Source: Phoronis australis
Lineage: Eukaryota > Animalia > Phoronida
DNA length: 64,000 nt
Assembly: GCA_002633005.1 (NCBI GenBank)
Contig: NMRA01000111.1
Coordinates: 672,261-736,260 of the forward strand
Direction: 5' to 3'
Numbering within the stretch: the stretch's first letter is position 1; every line of letters starts with the position of its first letter. The notes under the pieces were generated by a model that saw only the letters and a program-made list of their open reading frames with translations, did not search any database and had not been told where the DNA came from. Below are positions 53,526-64,000 of the stretch, in pieces. Made by a program: the position numbers and the translations under genes.

Positions 53526-53633
53526 GAGTTCTCACACGGCTGTTCACTAACGCACTCTGTCACAGGATATGATAGTGCTCCAAGCACCACCAGAGATGGT
53601 TGAGATGTCGATGCCAAAGAGATGGAGTCTGTT
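53526..53633 (-). pseudogene. Decayed partial duplicate of the RNF19 RING1-start coding sequence, in the following intron
   Basis: Aligns by eye with 54318-54419 (ASTSQPSLVVLGALSYPVTECVSEQPCEN vs [27 protein letters not shown]). Confidence 0.85.
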
Positions 53634-54074
53634 AAACCTATCCAGTTGATTTCAACTCGTTCTAATATTCTGGCTAAATTTCGACCAAGTCTCTACATGT
53701 GTTGCTCAGTACACCTTGTCGAAATCGTAATAAGTCACATTACAAATCCATTCACAAATAAACAATTATCGGCTAGGCGCAATAACGTCTCATCAAACTG
53801 TGTCTACAATTGGACAAAAATGCTATATGACTGCAACAAAGTTCGACGGATCAGTCAAATAATTCCGAAGTTCATTAAAGTGTGATACAATCTGACAAGA
53901 ACAGAGAAATAGAGCATTCAAATTTAACAAAAATCCATGTTTCAGCAATGCTGTGGGGTAAGTAGGTGAAGACTCGCTGTACCTCTATCAAAATGTCTTA
54001 TAGGCATAAAATTTTAGAAAAAATTGCTTCTCAACAAAATTGTCTGCACTCAGTCACAGGTAGTTACAACTTAC

Positions 54075-54649
54075 CCACAATCAGGGGCGGGACACCACCT
54101 GGCATCAGGATCAGAAACTAAAACCCTGCGCAGCATAAATTCTTCATATTTATGCATGAGTGAGTCATCAGCCAGTATAACCTTGATGTCTCCAGGGTGT
54201 AGCCGCTCCGAACACTCCGGGCAGGATATATTGACTCGACTCTCTGTTATTTCAATCCTAAGGTACTGTTTGAGACAGTCTCGACACGATCTGTGTGGAC
54301 ACGTCATCAACAGTGGAAAGTTGTCACATGGCTGTTCACTAATGCACAGAGGACATGTTAGTGCTCCACGCACTGTCGGAGATGGTTGAGATGTCGACGC
54401 CAAAGGGATGGAGTCTGTTGTGACTAGGTCTATTTTGTCTAATTGGCTGTTGGACAGACTTAGCTCCGAGTGGGCTTCAATGTCTAAGCTGGCACGTGAC
54501 CTGTTCGACATGGCTGAGAGAGTTCTACCAGCGAAGAGCCGCCGCAGAGAAAATCTGGGCGTCTTTTTGTCCACAGTGGCTGGCGCACTCATACTTGAGT
54601 AGGAGTCGGAATCTCTCCGTCGCTGCTTTTTCACGCCTCTTCTTCCCAT
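54075..54649 (-). CDS. RNF19A: RNF19 first coding exon: N-terminus, RING1 and start of IBR (CPLC…CPHRSCRDC…CPEC…WCPAPDCG)
   Basis: ATG at 54649-54647, 20 nt after a tttag acceptor (54671-54670), so a non-coding exon lies upstream; GG|gtaagt donor. Confidence 0.93.
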
Positions 54650-55354
54650 TTTTGTGAGTTCAACTATTCCTAAAGCAAATATAAAGATTTTGAGAGGCGA
54701 AATAAACAATTCGTGAAAGATTAATAAGACATAATTTTTCCACTGACAAAACACGGCACACTAGAACAAAATGAAAGTACCAGGATGTGTTACTTGATTA
54801 TAGCTCTCATCATGTACAGTTTGGCAAAAAATGACGACTAACGTCAGCGTAATGAACACTTTTCAGCAAACTGCGTATTTGATGTACATCTGTAATTACA
54901 CAAGACCAAGGTAACAGTACACTCTGAAATTCGCCCACGACAGCACAATTAGCGCCATTCTTTTAGAAATGTTCAATTACTTCCAAGCCATAATTACTAA
55001 TTTTTGTATAACCATAATTTATCAAAGCTGAAAATTGGCAGGTGCTGGCATATTCCAATCATACACTACCTCTCTGTGAAGGTCCTATCAAAAAAACTGT
55101 GGGGCCATTTTAAGATTCAATGCACACGCTGCACCTTGTCAAAAAACAAAATTGCCAGCAGAGGGCGCTATGCTTGTCTAATCCTTCAAAAGCAATCTAC
55201 TGGCACAGCAGCAGTTTACTGATACGCATTTGTATCCATTTTCATAAAAATCTAAAATGACGTTTTGAAAATAATCCAAGGACAAGTGATATTTTGCCAC
55301 AAATTCAAATCAGCTAACAAGAATGCTGCACTATTAACAGTTGTCAAATTCATT

Positions 55355-56286
55355 AAACAAGAGCAACGCGGAGCGTTGAAATGCGCCCACAATTGCACCG
55401 CATACGGTATCCTTCTAGGGTTGTTTATTGGTACCATAAAGTGGCCAGTAGAGGGCATACTTTGCAAAATGGAAAGGCATGGTCATTGTCTCCTCAATAG
55501 GCTAGGGGCAAAATGTGAGTAATCTTCATAATACAAGCACATCCTATACACCAGTTGCTTAAAGCACCACAGAAACATANNNNNNNNNNNNNNNNNNNNN
55601 NNNNNNNNNNNNNNNNNNNNNNNNNNNNNNNNNNNNNNNNNNNNNNNNNNNNNNNNNNNNNNNNNNNNNNNNNNNNNNNNNNNNNNNNNNNNNNNNNNNN
55701 NNNNNNNNNNNNNNAACGGTTTAGGAGATACAGCCATAGGCGCAAAAAAAACAAAACTGCCACTAGGAGGCGCCACAGTAGTCGAAATCGTCGGAAAATC
55801 ATCGTCAACCATCCTCTACATAGTAAGCACATACATGCCAATTTTCACAATCATCCTTTGAGCGGTTTGGTTGATAGAGGGGTGGGCGAACAAAAACAGA
55901 CTCGAAAACACTAAAAATGGCCACTAGGTGGTGCAAACTATGTCGAATCCATCCGAAAACGGCAGGATAGTGTCATCTCACTACTAGGTGCCTACATACC
56001 AAATTTCATGAAAATCCGTTCAGGACTTTTGAAGATACAAAGGTAAGCGTAAAAAACTAAAATTGCCAGTAGGGGGCACACCGGTAGTCGGATCCGTCCG
56101 AAAGTTCGCACATGCCGTCCCATTCATGAATGGAACATATGTGCCAAATTTCATGAACGTATGTCAAAGGGTTTTGGAGATAGAGCAGCGGACGCCGGAC
56201 ACCAGACGCCGGACGGACGCCGCCCGGACGGACGGACAGAGATGACGGCATAATGCGTCCACATATAAATATGTGGGCGCATAAAA
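55355..56286 (+). mobile_element. Helentron/DINE-1-like non-autonomous element (contains a gap)
   Basis: 5' aaacaagagcaacgcggagcgttg hairpin, internal tandem modules, (GGAC)n microsatellite, 3' hairpin atgcgtccacatat…atatgtgggcgcat followed by an A-run. Confidence 0.75.
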
Positions 56287-58612
56287 ATTATCGTGTCTAC
56301 GCATACTCATTGAGTGTCAAATCTAACAAGTCATTTTGACAAATGTTGATGGTATCACAAATCTCTAAAAACTAATCTGCCCTGACATAGGGTGTCACTG
56401 CTGTCAAATCTTTGCCAACATTAACTGCTGCCAATGCATCCCTCCCACATACTCAGTCAAATTTCATTTAGATCTGTTCAGCAGTTTTGCCAAATCTTGT
56501 TGAAAACTACAATACCCAACACACTCATCGAATTTGTCAAAACATCGACTAGTGCCGGCACACCCTAGCCATAAACATGGTCGGCGTACCATAGAGGGCT
56601 GGGGCTGCTATTAGCCTCCCCACTTATTTCAGTGCTGTGCCGCCCACGACATGGGCAGCTCACTGCCATTGGGGGGCTGGGGGGGGGGGGGCTATAGACC
56701 CCCCACTTATTTCAGTGCTTCGCCACCCATGATAAAGCCTTCTTCCAAATTAATTAAAACCTATCAAGCCATTATGACAATATTAAACAAACATGGGAAA
56801 TTAGTTGAATTTTATCTAAAAATTGACAAAAGGGCATGTTTGATTGCCAATAATTAAAATCCAAAAATGACATGTGCTGGATCATTCCAAACACATACAT
56901 CTAGTTCTGCATCACGTTTTGGCGAAATCTGTCATGTGGTTTTGCCAATAGTTGACACACAATGAATCCCGTCTAAAAATTGACCGGAGCACTTTCAACA
57001 CAAACTCTGTGTCCAATTTTCGGCGATTTCATCAAGTTATTTCAAAAAAACTGGATAGAAAGGGAATTTTTATTGGAAAATAACCGTCAACATGGGATGC
57101 CAGGAAAATCAAATAGGTCTGAAAATTGATTGGTGGCTATATGCATTACCGCCCAAAGGCATCTGTCAAGTGTGGCAAAATCTCATTTCGCCAAAGACTT
57201 GGCCGACAAGGAATTGCTTGTCAAATCTGAAACTGTTAAAAGGGAATGCCATGCTCATCAAATCCGTCAAAAAATGACTGTTGCCAGTGCATCCCCGTCA
57301 CATAACTCAAGCCACATCTCATCATGATCAATTGAGAAGTTTTTGAGGAAACTGACAGACGGCAAATGTAACGATATACGAACGACGAATAGGATGCGGA
57401 CAATATGCATCGGACAATATGCAACCGCCAAATTTTTTGGATGCACATATTACTAGAGCATTCCCACGATAGATGGGTATGTGTTTGTAGGCCGGCAGGC
57501 AGATAGACGGACAGAGGAGTCATTTTTATAAAATTCAGCTAAATGGGAGTTTCTTTGTCAGTTTCAATGAAATTCATTCATCACTTTTCTAGATATGTTA
57601 CATTTGTTGACTTTTCCCTTGCATTTGACAGAATACCACATAACTTGCATCAACAGCCTCGCTTGCAAAAATTGGCACTGAAGGAAGCAAATTAAATTTG
57701 TTAAAAAACAGATATTATTAGTCATGTGTTAGGACGGGAGATGGGTTAACTGAAATGTTTTATCCTAACATTGAAACTCGTCAGAGTTGTATTCAAGGTC
57801 CATATCTTTTTAAGATATACTTGAACGAATTCTATGAATGTGTCAGTATAATGCATATGGGAGGTGTATTTATTAAATGACCATGTGTCAGATCTCTATC
57901 TGCTTTTATATGCCGGCAGTACAGTTGGCTGTGCAAGTACTACAACAAGACTCCAGCGTTACAATAACGCTTTGTATAGTTACTGAAAACAGTGGGGAAT
58001 GAAAGTTACTACAGCACTAAAAACAAAAATCATGGATTTTGGAAAGGCGGTCCTTTGCCATCTTTTTGGAAGACAGCAGATTGAGGTGATATTTTGTTAC
58101 GAATATCTAGGTATCTGTTTCACTCCTAAATTGGTTTGAACAGCCAAAGAATTACTGTCTTTACAGACAACAAAAGCATACTAGTTTCTGATGACACATC
58201 TTAATCCTTTATGTGATGGACTACTAGTACCTGATGACAATTTCATGTGAAACATTTGACAAGATGGTATATTCAATTACAAGTTAAGGAGCACAGGTTT
58301 GGGAGCTCCAACCATTTCAAAAGAATTAAAAAGGTGCATTTTCCAAGAAATTGATTGGAGTCGAAAAGTATTGTAATAATTGTGCTGTGTAAGGGGAATC
58401 AGGATGTTTTCATCTATTTGCCAAACTTTCTATTAAAGTTACTAAATACTGGCTGAGAATATTAAAGATGCCAGTCAAGCATTATCCAAATTCAGTTTTT
58501 AAAATGTTGGTAAATTTGGGTCACTGCCAAGTGAGATATAACAGATTTAGCCTTGAGAGTTGATGTAATGCGTAACAATTCAAACCAGCTTCCGCAGCCA
58601 AACGTTAAACAA

Positions 58613-58770
58613 CGTTCGGGTTAACGCCCATGCTCAGTTAACCGCCCACCCCCTACTTTAGGTGAATTTCGATTTAACCGCCCACTGCTCGGTTAACCGC
58701 CCCCCTGCTATTTTTGAAAATTTCCAATTAACCGCCCACTGCTCGGTTAACCGCCCATCCCCTACTTTTG
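58613..58770. mobile_element. DNA-transposon end with multiple TTAACCGCCC subterminal repeats; related to 63714-63890
   Basis: cgttcgggttaacgccc plus several ttaaccgccc units; reverse complement of the array at 63.78-63.86 kb. Confidence 0.7.
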
Positions 58771-61700
58771 CCGATTGGTGATTGCCGCCCTGTGCTAATA
58801 GGAAACGCGAATCCCCGACCTTTTAGATCGATGATAACATTGAGTGCAACGACGGCCTCAGAGACCGCGGTTTAGCAATGTGAATTATGATACCAGTAAC
58901 AAATTATTGTAACGGGTCATCGATTAACTTCAAAATGTAATACTTGAACACTTTGTCACTTTCTTTTCTTCTCATGTTCGCAAACTTTAGGAACCGCGCT
59001 GGCGTCTACACCTCCACTTTCAGCCACAATCTCTGCCGCACTGAGTTATCGACTACAGTGCACTATATAAAAGATGCATTCNAAGATGATTTCACAATAA
59101 TGAACAATACATCATACTTTATTAGGTTTAGGGTAAACACTTACTTATCATCAAGGATTGCATTTTTCGCTCACCATCAACTTGGATATTAATAATGACA
59201 AGGCTAACAAACTGCACAGGGACTGTTTGCCAACACTTCACTTCAATATCCCATCACCATGGTAACACAAATTGCTGATAGCAAGAAGTAAATGATTGCC
59301 TGTGCTTTCAATAACCACAGCCTATTACATGGGCTTTGGCACACATGCTTAAAAAAATTTGTTTGAAACATGACAAATGACATTCAGTGCAAACTGCGAA
59401 GCAGACTTGCATCAGCACGATGGTGGTTTCTCACACCAATGTTAAGCATTTCCTCCTTTCCACAAGATCTGACCGTAAAAGATTTTTATCACAAATTGAC
59501 GAAAAAACATTTGCTTTGTAATAGTGCTTCCTGCTCTCATAGAAATCCCGCATGCAACAATGACTCAGTCAATGAATACAGAATCCAACCTTCCGGGAAG
59601 GAGTTTCCAACAATTAGATAAGGTAGCTGTCAACACTGTTTCACTTTTTGTGCTTGACACAGTAAGATGCCACTTCTAGCTCAAAACAGTCCTGGAAGGA
59701 ATGACCCCCTTGGAACACACCAACTGCATGTGTACTCCCCCACACATACTAGGATTAGATGTATTCACTCCTCCTGTGTGACCTGTGATACATCTGGGGA
59801 AACCATTACAAGCAGAAATCACTCAGCAGCAAATAACAAGAAATTCTATCAACAACAGTTTGTTACTGAACCATTAGCTTATTTAGGTCCTTATCACTTG
59901 CTGTGGGATCATGACTGGAATGAAAACAAGTTGAAAATAGTTCTCAATAGAAAGGTGTTAATTGCATAGACTTAAAGGGGTACTCCTTGGCGTGTTGGTT
60001 GGATAAAACTGACCCATCCTGAACAATCAATCGATAGCATGCATCTCTCAAACTCTGAACAGCTACTGAGTAGCACGCACCTAGGCCCAGGCGCCTACAT
60101 CTGAAATAATGCATTTTTAGCATTTTACCTGTAGGTGTATGTGTCTAGGTTTATAGGCACAGATGGGTATCCTTTGTGCAGGCATAGACTATGCTGTGGA
60201 TACAGGCACACCCATTGTCTTTGACAAAAGTGCATAGTCTGGCCAATGCCATACATCTAATCTTTACCAATTTCCTAGATTGTAAAGATCAGTTTCTGTT
60301 AGGCTCACTTATGAAGTCTTAAGTAGCTGCTACAGATAACAGGCAACAGTCCACCTCAGTGACTTACTGCACTTGTTTTCATATTCATAAAGGATGAACA
60401 AATCTATGCATTATTAATGAATCAGACCTGAATAGTTCATAATGTTTCGAAGGAAATTAAATAAATGTTTAAAAGACATGAACCAGCTGAATTTCAACCT
60501 ATTAAGCTGGCTAAAAACGAAAACCAAACAAGGCCCTTCAGTCATAAGAACTGGTCTCTTAATATTCTTTACTGTGATAGAATTCTACTTCTCTTCTCCG
60601 TTACCACTAAGACCATCAAAACCAATAGCGACTCAAAAAACACTCAAGTTTGTTGGGGTTGGTCAACCATACAATTACGGATTTGAAAACAGTGCATGTA
60701 CACATTAACTGTGACTTGAGTTACTGGCCTATTTAGTAATAATTCAAGATCGGATGAGCGTAATGTTTTTAAATCCCTAAGCATTTCAATAGAGAATTCA
60801 TCAGCTTAACAGCAGCGACATTCAACTTTAATTTCGACTGGTAAAACCACTGAAAACAGTTTTCAACTGAAAAACATACTTTAAGTGTATAAACAAACAG
60901 TAAGTTGCAAACTAAAGAAATGTTTATGCAGTCCCTCTAGGCATATCATGCGAGACTTCATTCACAAAATTCTTCACTACATACCCACGCCCAACAGCTG
61001 AGAATACAATATAAAACAAATAGGGTGCGTCTATACCCAAGCACCACTTACAAGCACATTTTTACTCAAATGGTTCACATTTGGGTGCACCTAATTCCAG
61101 ATATAGGCACAGCTTCGCATATAGACACAGCTTCGAATAGGCACATGGGATGTTCTACTGCAGCGACATTGGTTCAAATGATATTCTATGAGTCCACTTG
61201 GATCATACTTCAATAGTCTAAACTGGAGATTTTTCATAAAAAAGTCCTATTTTTGATAGCCCTCATGCAAAAGTGAATCAATTTGAAAACCAATTCCTTA
61301 CGACACTTTGAAGAACAGTGCATTGCAGCATACGGTGTGAAAGTTTCATTAATGTTCTAAGCCAAATTAGGAATTTTTTCTCGGGTTATACATGTTACAT
61401 AAGATGGCATTTCTTTCTCAAGGTATTTCCTAACCAATGGACACCACAAAACGTGTAATGTTTTACTTAATATCTGACACAAAAGCAATTAATAACATTG
61501 TTATTTACCTATTTTTCAAAGGCCGGTTATCTAGCAGCAAATAATGGAAACTTTACCAAATGTTGTTTTATGGCATCTAAACTGTAAAAACCAACTAGCT
61601 AATACTAGATCAGTATTTTCTTAATCTTCGTTTTTATCAGAAATTGTTGAATTGTTAGTTTAGCTTGTTAACTGTTATGAGACCATTTAACATTTAATGA

Positions 61701-62316
61701 TGTATTTATTCCCAGTCAGACAGTGCAGTCTCTAAGTATGTCTAAAGCCACTTTGTTGGTATTTCAGGTAATTCTGTATACTTATTATCAGATTAGATCA
61801 TCTCATTAACTTTCATACACATCCAAGAAGTAATCTACTTATCTGCACTTTATTAAATGCTCCTGGGCCATTGTTGTGAATTCCTCTGTTGTATACTCTG
61901 ATTTGTCAACAACTTTCTATATGCTGATAGGTTTGGTTCCCTTATATCTGTATTAGTGTAGTTGCAAATAGAAACATTGTCAAGTGAAGTTGTCTTTTAT
62001 TCAACCACCTCAGAGCGATCAGTGCTCTACCAAACAAATTTTACGAAATAAAATTTCACACGTCATATTAGAAGCAAAATGAGCGAAAAATTACCAGTTG
62101 AATTAATCACCAATTTGTACATCAGATTGCACCAACAATTAAATCAGCACCTTACAGGTGACACTGTGCAGTAAGACTGCAGCTCGGAGAAATGTAAAAT
62201 TTGGGGTTGGCCTAGCAGTTTTGAGGTAGGCTAGTAGATTCAGTGAATCTGGTCTGTCTGTGTTTGTGAACAAATTTGAGAATGAGAAACGCCCACTAGC
62301 TCGGCTTTTCTTCAAA

Positions 62317-63709
62317 CTATACAGTTAATGGACTGCTAAACATGGTGTCGGACACAAAAGCACGACTCAGTACCTGTTCACAGACTCAATACATGGGATC
62401 GGACTCACAAAACACAATTCATTCACCGAATACATGGCCACAGACTCACAAACACGACACTCTTCATTCCGATTAAGCATGCCAAATACACGGAAATATA
62501 CAGAAAGATAATTGAAACAGAGGGTCTCCTTACAGAGTTTGAACGGTCCATGTCATTTTGAGAAGAAAGCCAACAGTTCTAAAACCCCCTCGACCCCCAC
62601 ATCCCATGACACCCTCTTCGCACTTTTTACACATTTCATAATCATATTAAGTCGCCAAGTGAGTGGTTTCCCCCACACAAATCTGCTCAGGCTCAAGTCT
62701 GGTGGTTAAATGCTGAAAGTGGAGTGAGAACATGATCTGAAATAGTCGATTGTGAGCGTGCTACCGTTGCCACAGAAACAAATGCAAGAGCGGCTACCAA
62801 TGGCCCTGTTCTACTAAACTTAATTTCACATTTTTATTATTTGCTTTCTGTTGTATACTTGTTTATAATCTACTCCATATATTACATTGAGATACTTTTA
62901 GTTAACAGTTTGTTTTTTTCAAACTATATTTACTGAAGCGGTTACAAGGAAAGCTCAAATCTGCTATTCGTTGAAGAATAGACGAGACGCTTACACTTTG
63001 CTGGGAACAATATTTTCAACGTTGGTGGATCTTTGATTTGATTTGGTCGCGTTTTGCTTTCTAGTTGTTGTCTTTCAAACTTGCCGAGTCGATTTTCTTA
63101 ATAGCAAAAAGAAACAGGGAAAAGCTAGCCGAGCTGATGGCCAGACTCGTTGGTCCTGCAAGTCAGCGCTTGTTCTATGTTCAGATTGAGTCGAGCTTGT
63201 GTAAACTGGGTCTGGGGGGGTTGTCAGAAGTGGGTCAAGGAAGTCGGAGGTCGAGGGGGTCATGGGGTGTGGGGGTCGAGGATGGGGTTTTAGAACAATC
63301 CGAAAGCAGAAGATAACGCTACTCTCACTGTCAAAATTGAGAATCGATGATACAAAAAGATTCTGGACGTCAATAAATTGTAGAGCAAATAAGCAATTTA
63401 ATAAAAATAATGTTTATTGTTTCTAATTCACAACAATTACATCACAATACAGAAAAAAACATGATCAAAATTATATTTAATCTCGCACCCATTACACAGC
63501 TTTCAAAGTCGATTTCTACATTTTATCCGTAACCGTGTTTGGCAGTCCATGTGCCGTGTTTCTACATGAATGTGAGTCCGAGACCGTCTAAAATAAATCG
63601 TGTTTTGTGAGTCCAATCCCATGTATGTGAGTCAGTGAGAGGTTTTTGCAGGTATGTGAGTTGTGTTTTTGCGTCCGACACTGTGTTTAGCAGTCCGTTA
63701 ACCGTGTAG
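62317..63709. mobile_element. About 1.39-kb non-autonomous foldback DNA transposon with long imperfect inverted arms
   Basis: ctatacagttaatggactgctaaacatggtgtcggac / gtccgacactgtgtttagcagtccgttaaccgtgtag; inner pair gttctaaaaccccctcgacccccacatcccatgac / gtcatggggtgtgggggtcgaggatggggttttagaac. Confidence 0.8.
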
Positions 63710-63713
63710 TAGG

Positions 63714-63890
63714 TACCGTAATCGTTCGGGTTAACGCCCTGGGCGGTTAAATTGGCGAATCCAAAAAATCGGGGGAGGGCGGTTAACCGAGCAGTGGGCG
63801 GTTAAATCGAAAATCCACCTAAAGTAGGGGATGGGCGGTTAACCGAACATGGGCGCTTATTACGACAGACAACCGCCCTGGGCGGTTAAT
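63714..63890. mobile_element. Transposon end (taccgta…) with GGGCGGTTAA subterminal repeats
   Basis: Repeated gggcggttaa; homologous to 58613-58770. Confidence 0.65.
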
Positions 63891-64000
63891 CTTACCTGGC
63901 GATCTAAATCCCGACACGACAATCATACTCGGAACGCGTAGCCCTTTTCAAAGAGCTTTATCGTCACGTCGCCAAATGACAGTGAAAACGTCATAACAGC

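Noticed and set aside
54650-54754. N-terminal extension of RNF19 suggested by the ORF track
   Set aside because: A clear tttag acceptor at 54671-54670 makes the upstream part intronic; the first in-frame ATG in the exon is at 54649.
63891-64000. RNF19 non-coding exon 1 ending at a CAG|gtaaga donor on the - strand
   Set aside because: Good donor match, but it abuts or lies within a transposon end and cannot be supported without transcript data.

Overview
This is AT-rich, intron-rich animal (probably invertebrate bilaterian) genomic DNA with assembly gaps, not prokaryotic sequence, and most ORF-track entries are spurious. Two spliced ubiquitin-system genes face each other tail-to-tail. (1) + strand, 3738-28080, 5'-incomplete, 10 exons with consistent phases, about 402 aa in the window: a TNIP1/ABIN-1-like coiled-coil protein with a Ser-rich LIR/FIR-type motif (SSTSSNGWVTV), the AHD1-UBAN core (LKQQITTYQEDFENERRDRER) and an unusual ubiquitin-binding-type NZF (RanBP2-type) zinc finger on its own symmetric 96-nt exon, plus a candidate 27-nt microexon. 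(2) - strand, 54649-38123, 9 coding exons, about 787 aa: an RNF19/Dorfin-family RBR E3 ligase (RING1-IBR-RING2, two hydrophobic segments, Ser-rich tail). The introns hold many non-autonomous elements: Helentron/DINE-like elements carrying CTCF-like motifs, MITEs, a 1.4-kb foldback element, a tRNA-derived insertion, decayed RTE-like LINE fragments, minisatellites, and a decayed partial copy of the RNF19 RING1 exon. The most notable candidate novelty is the LIR+UBAN+NZF adaptor architecture. All calls were made by eye, with no database search.
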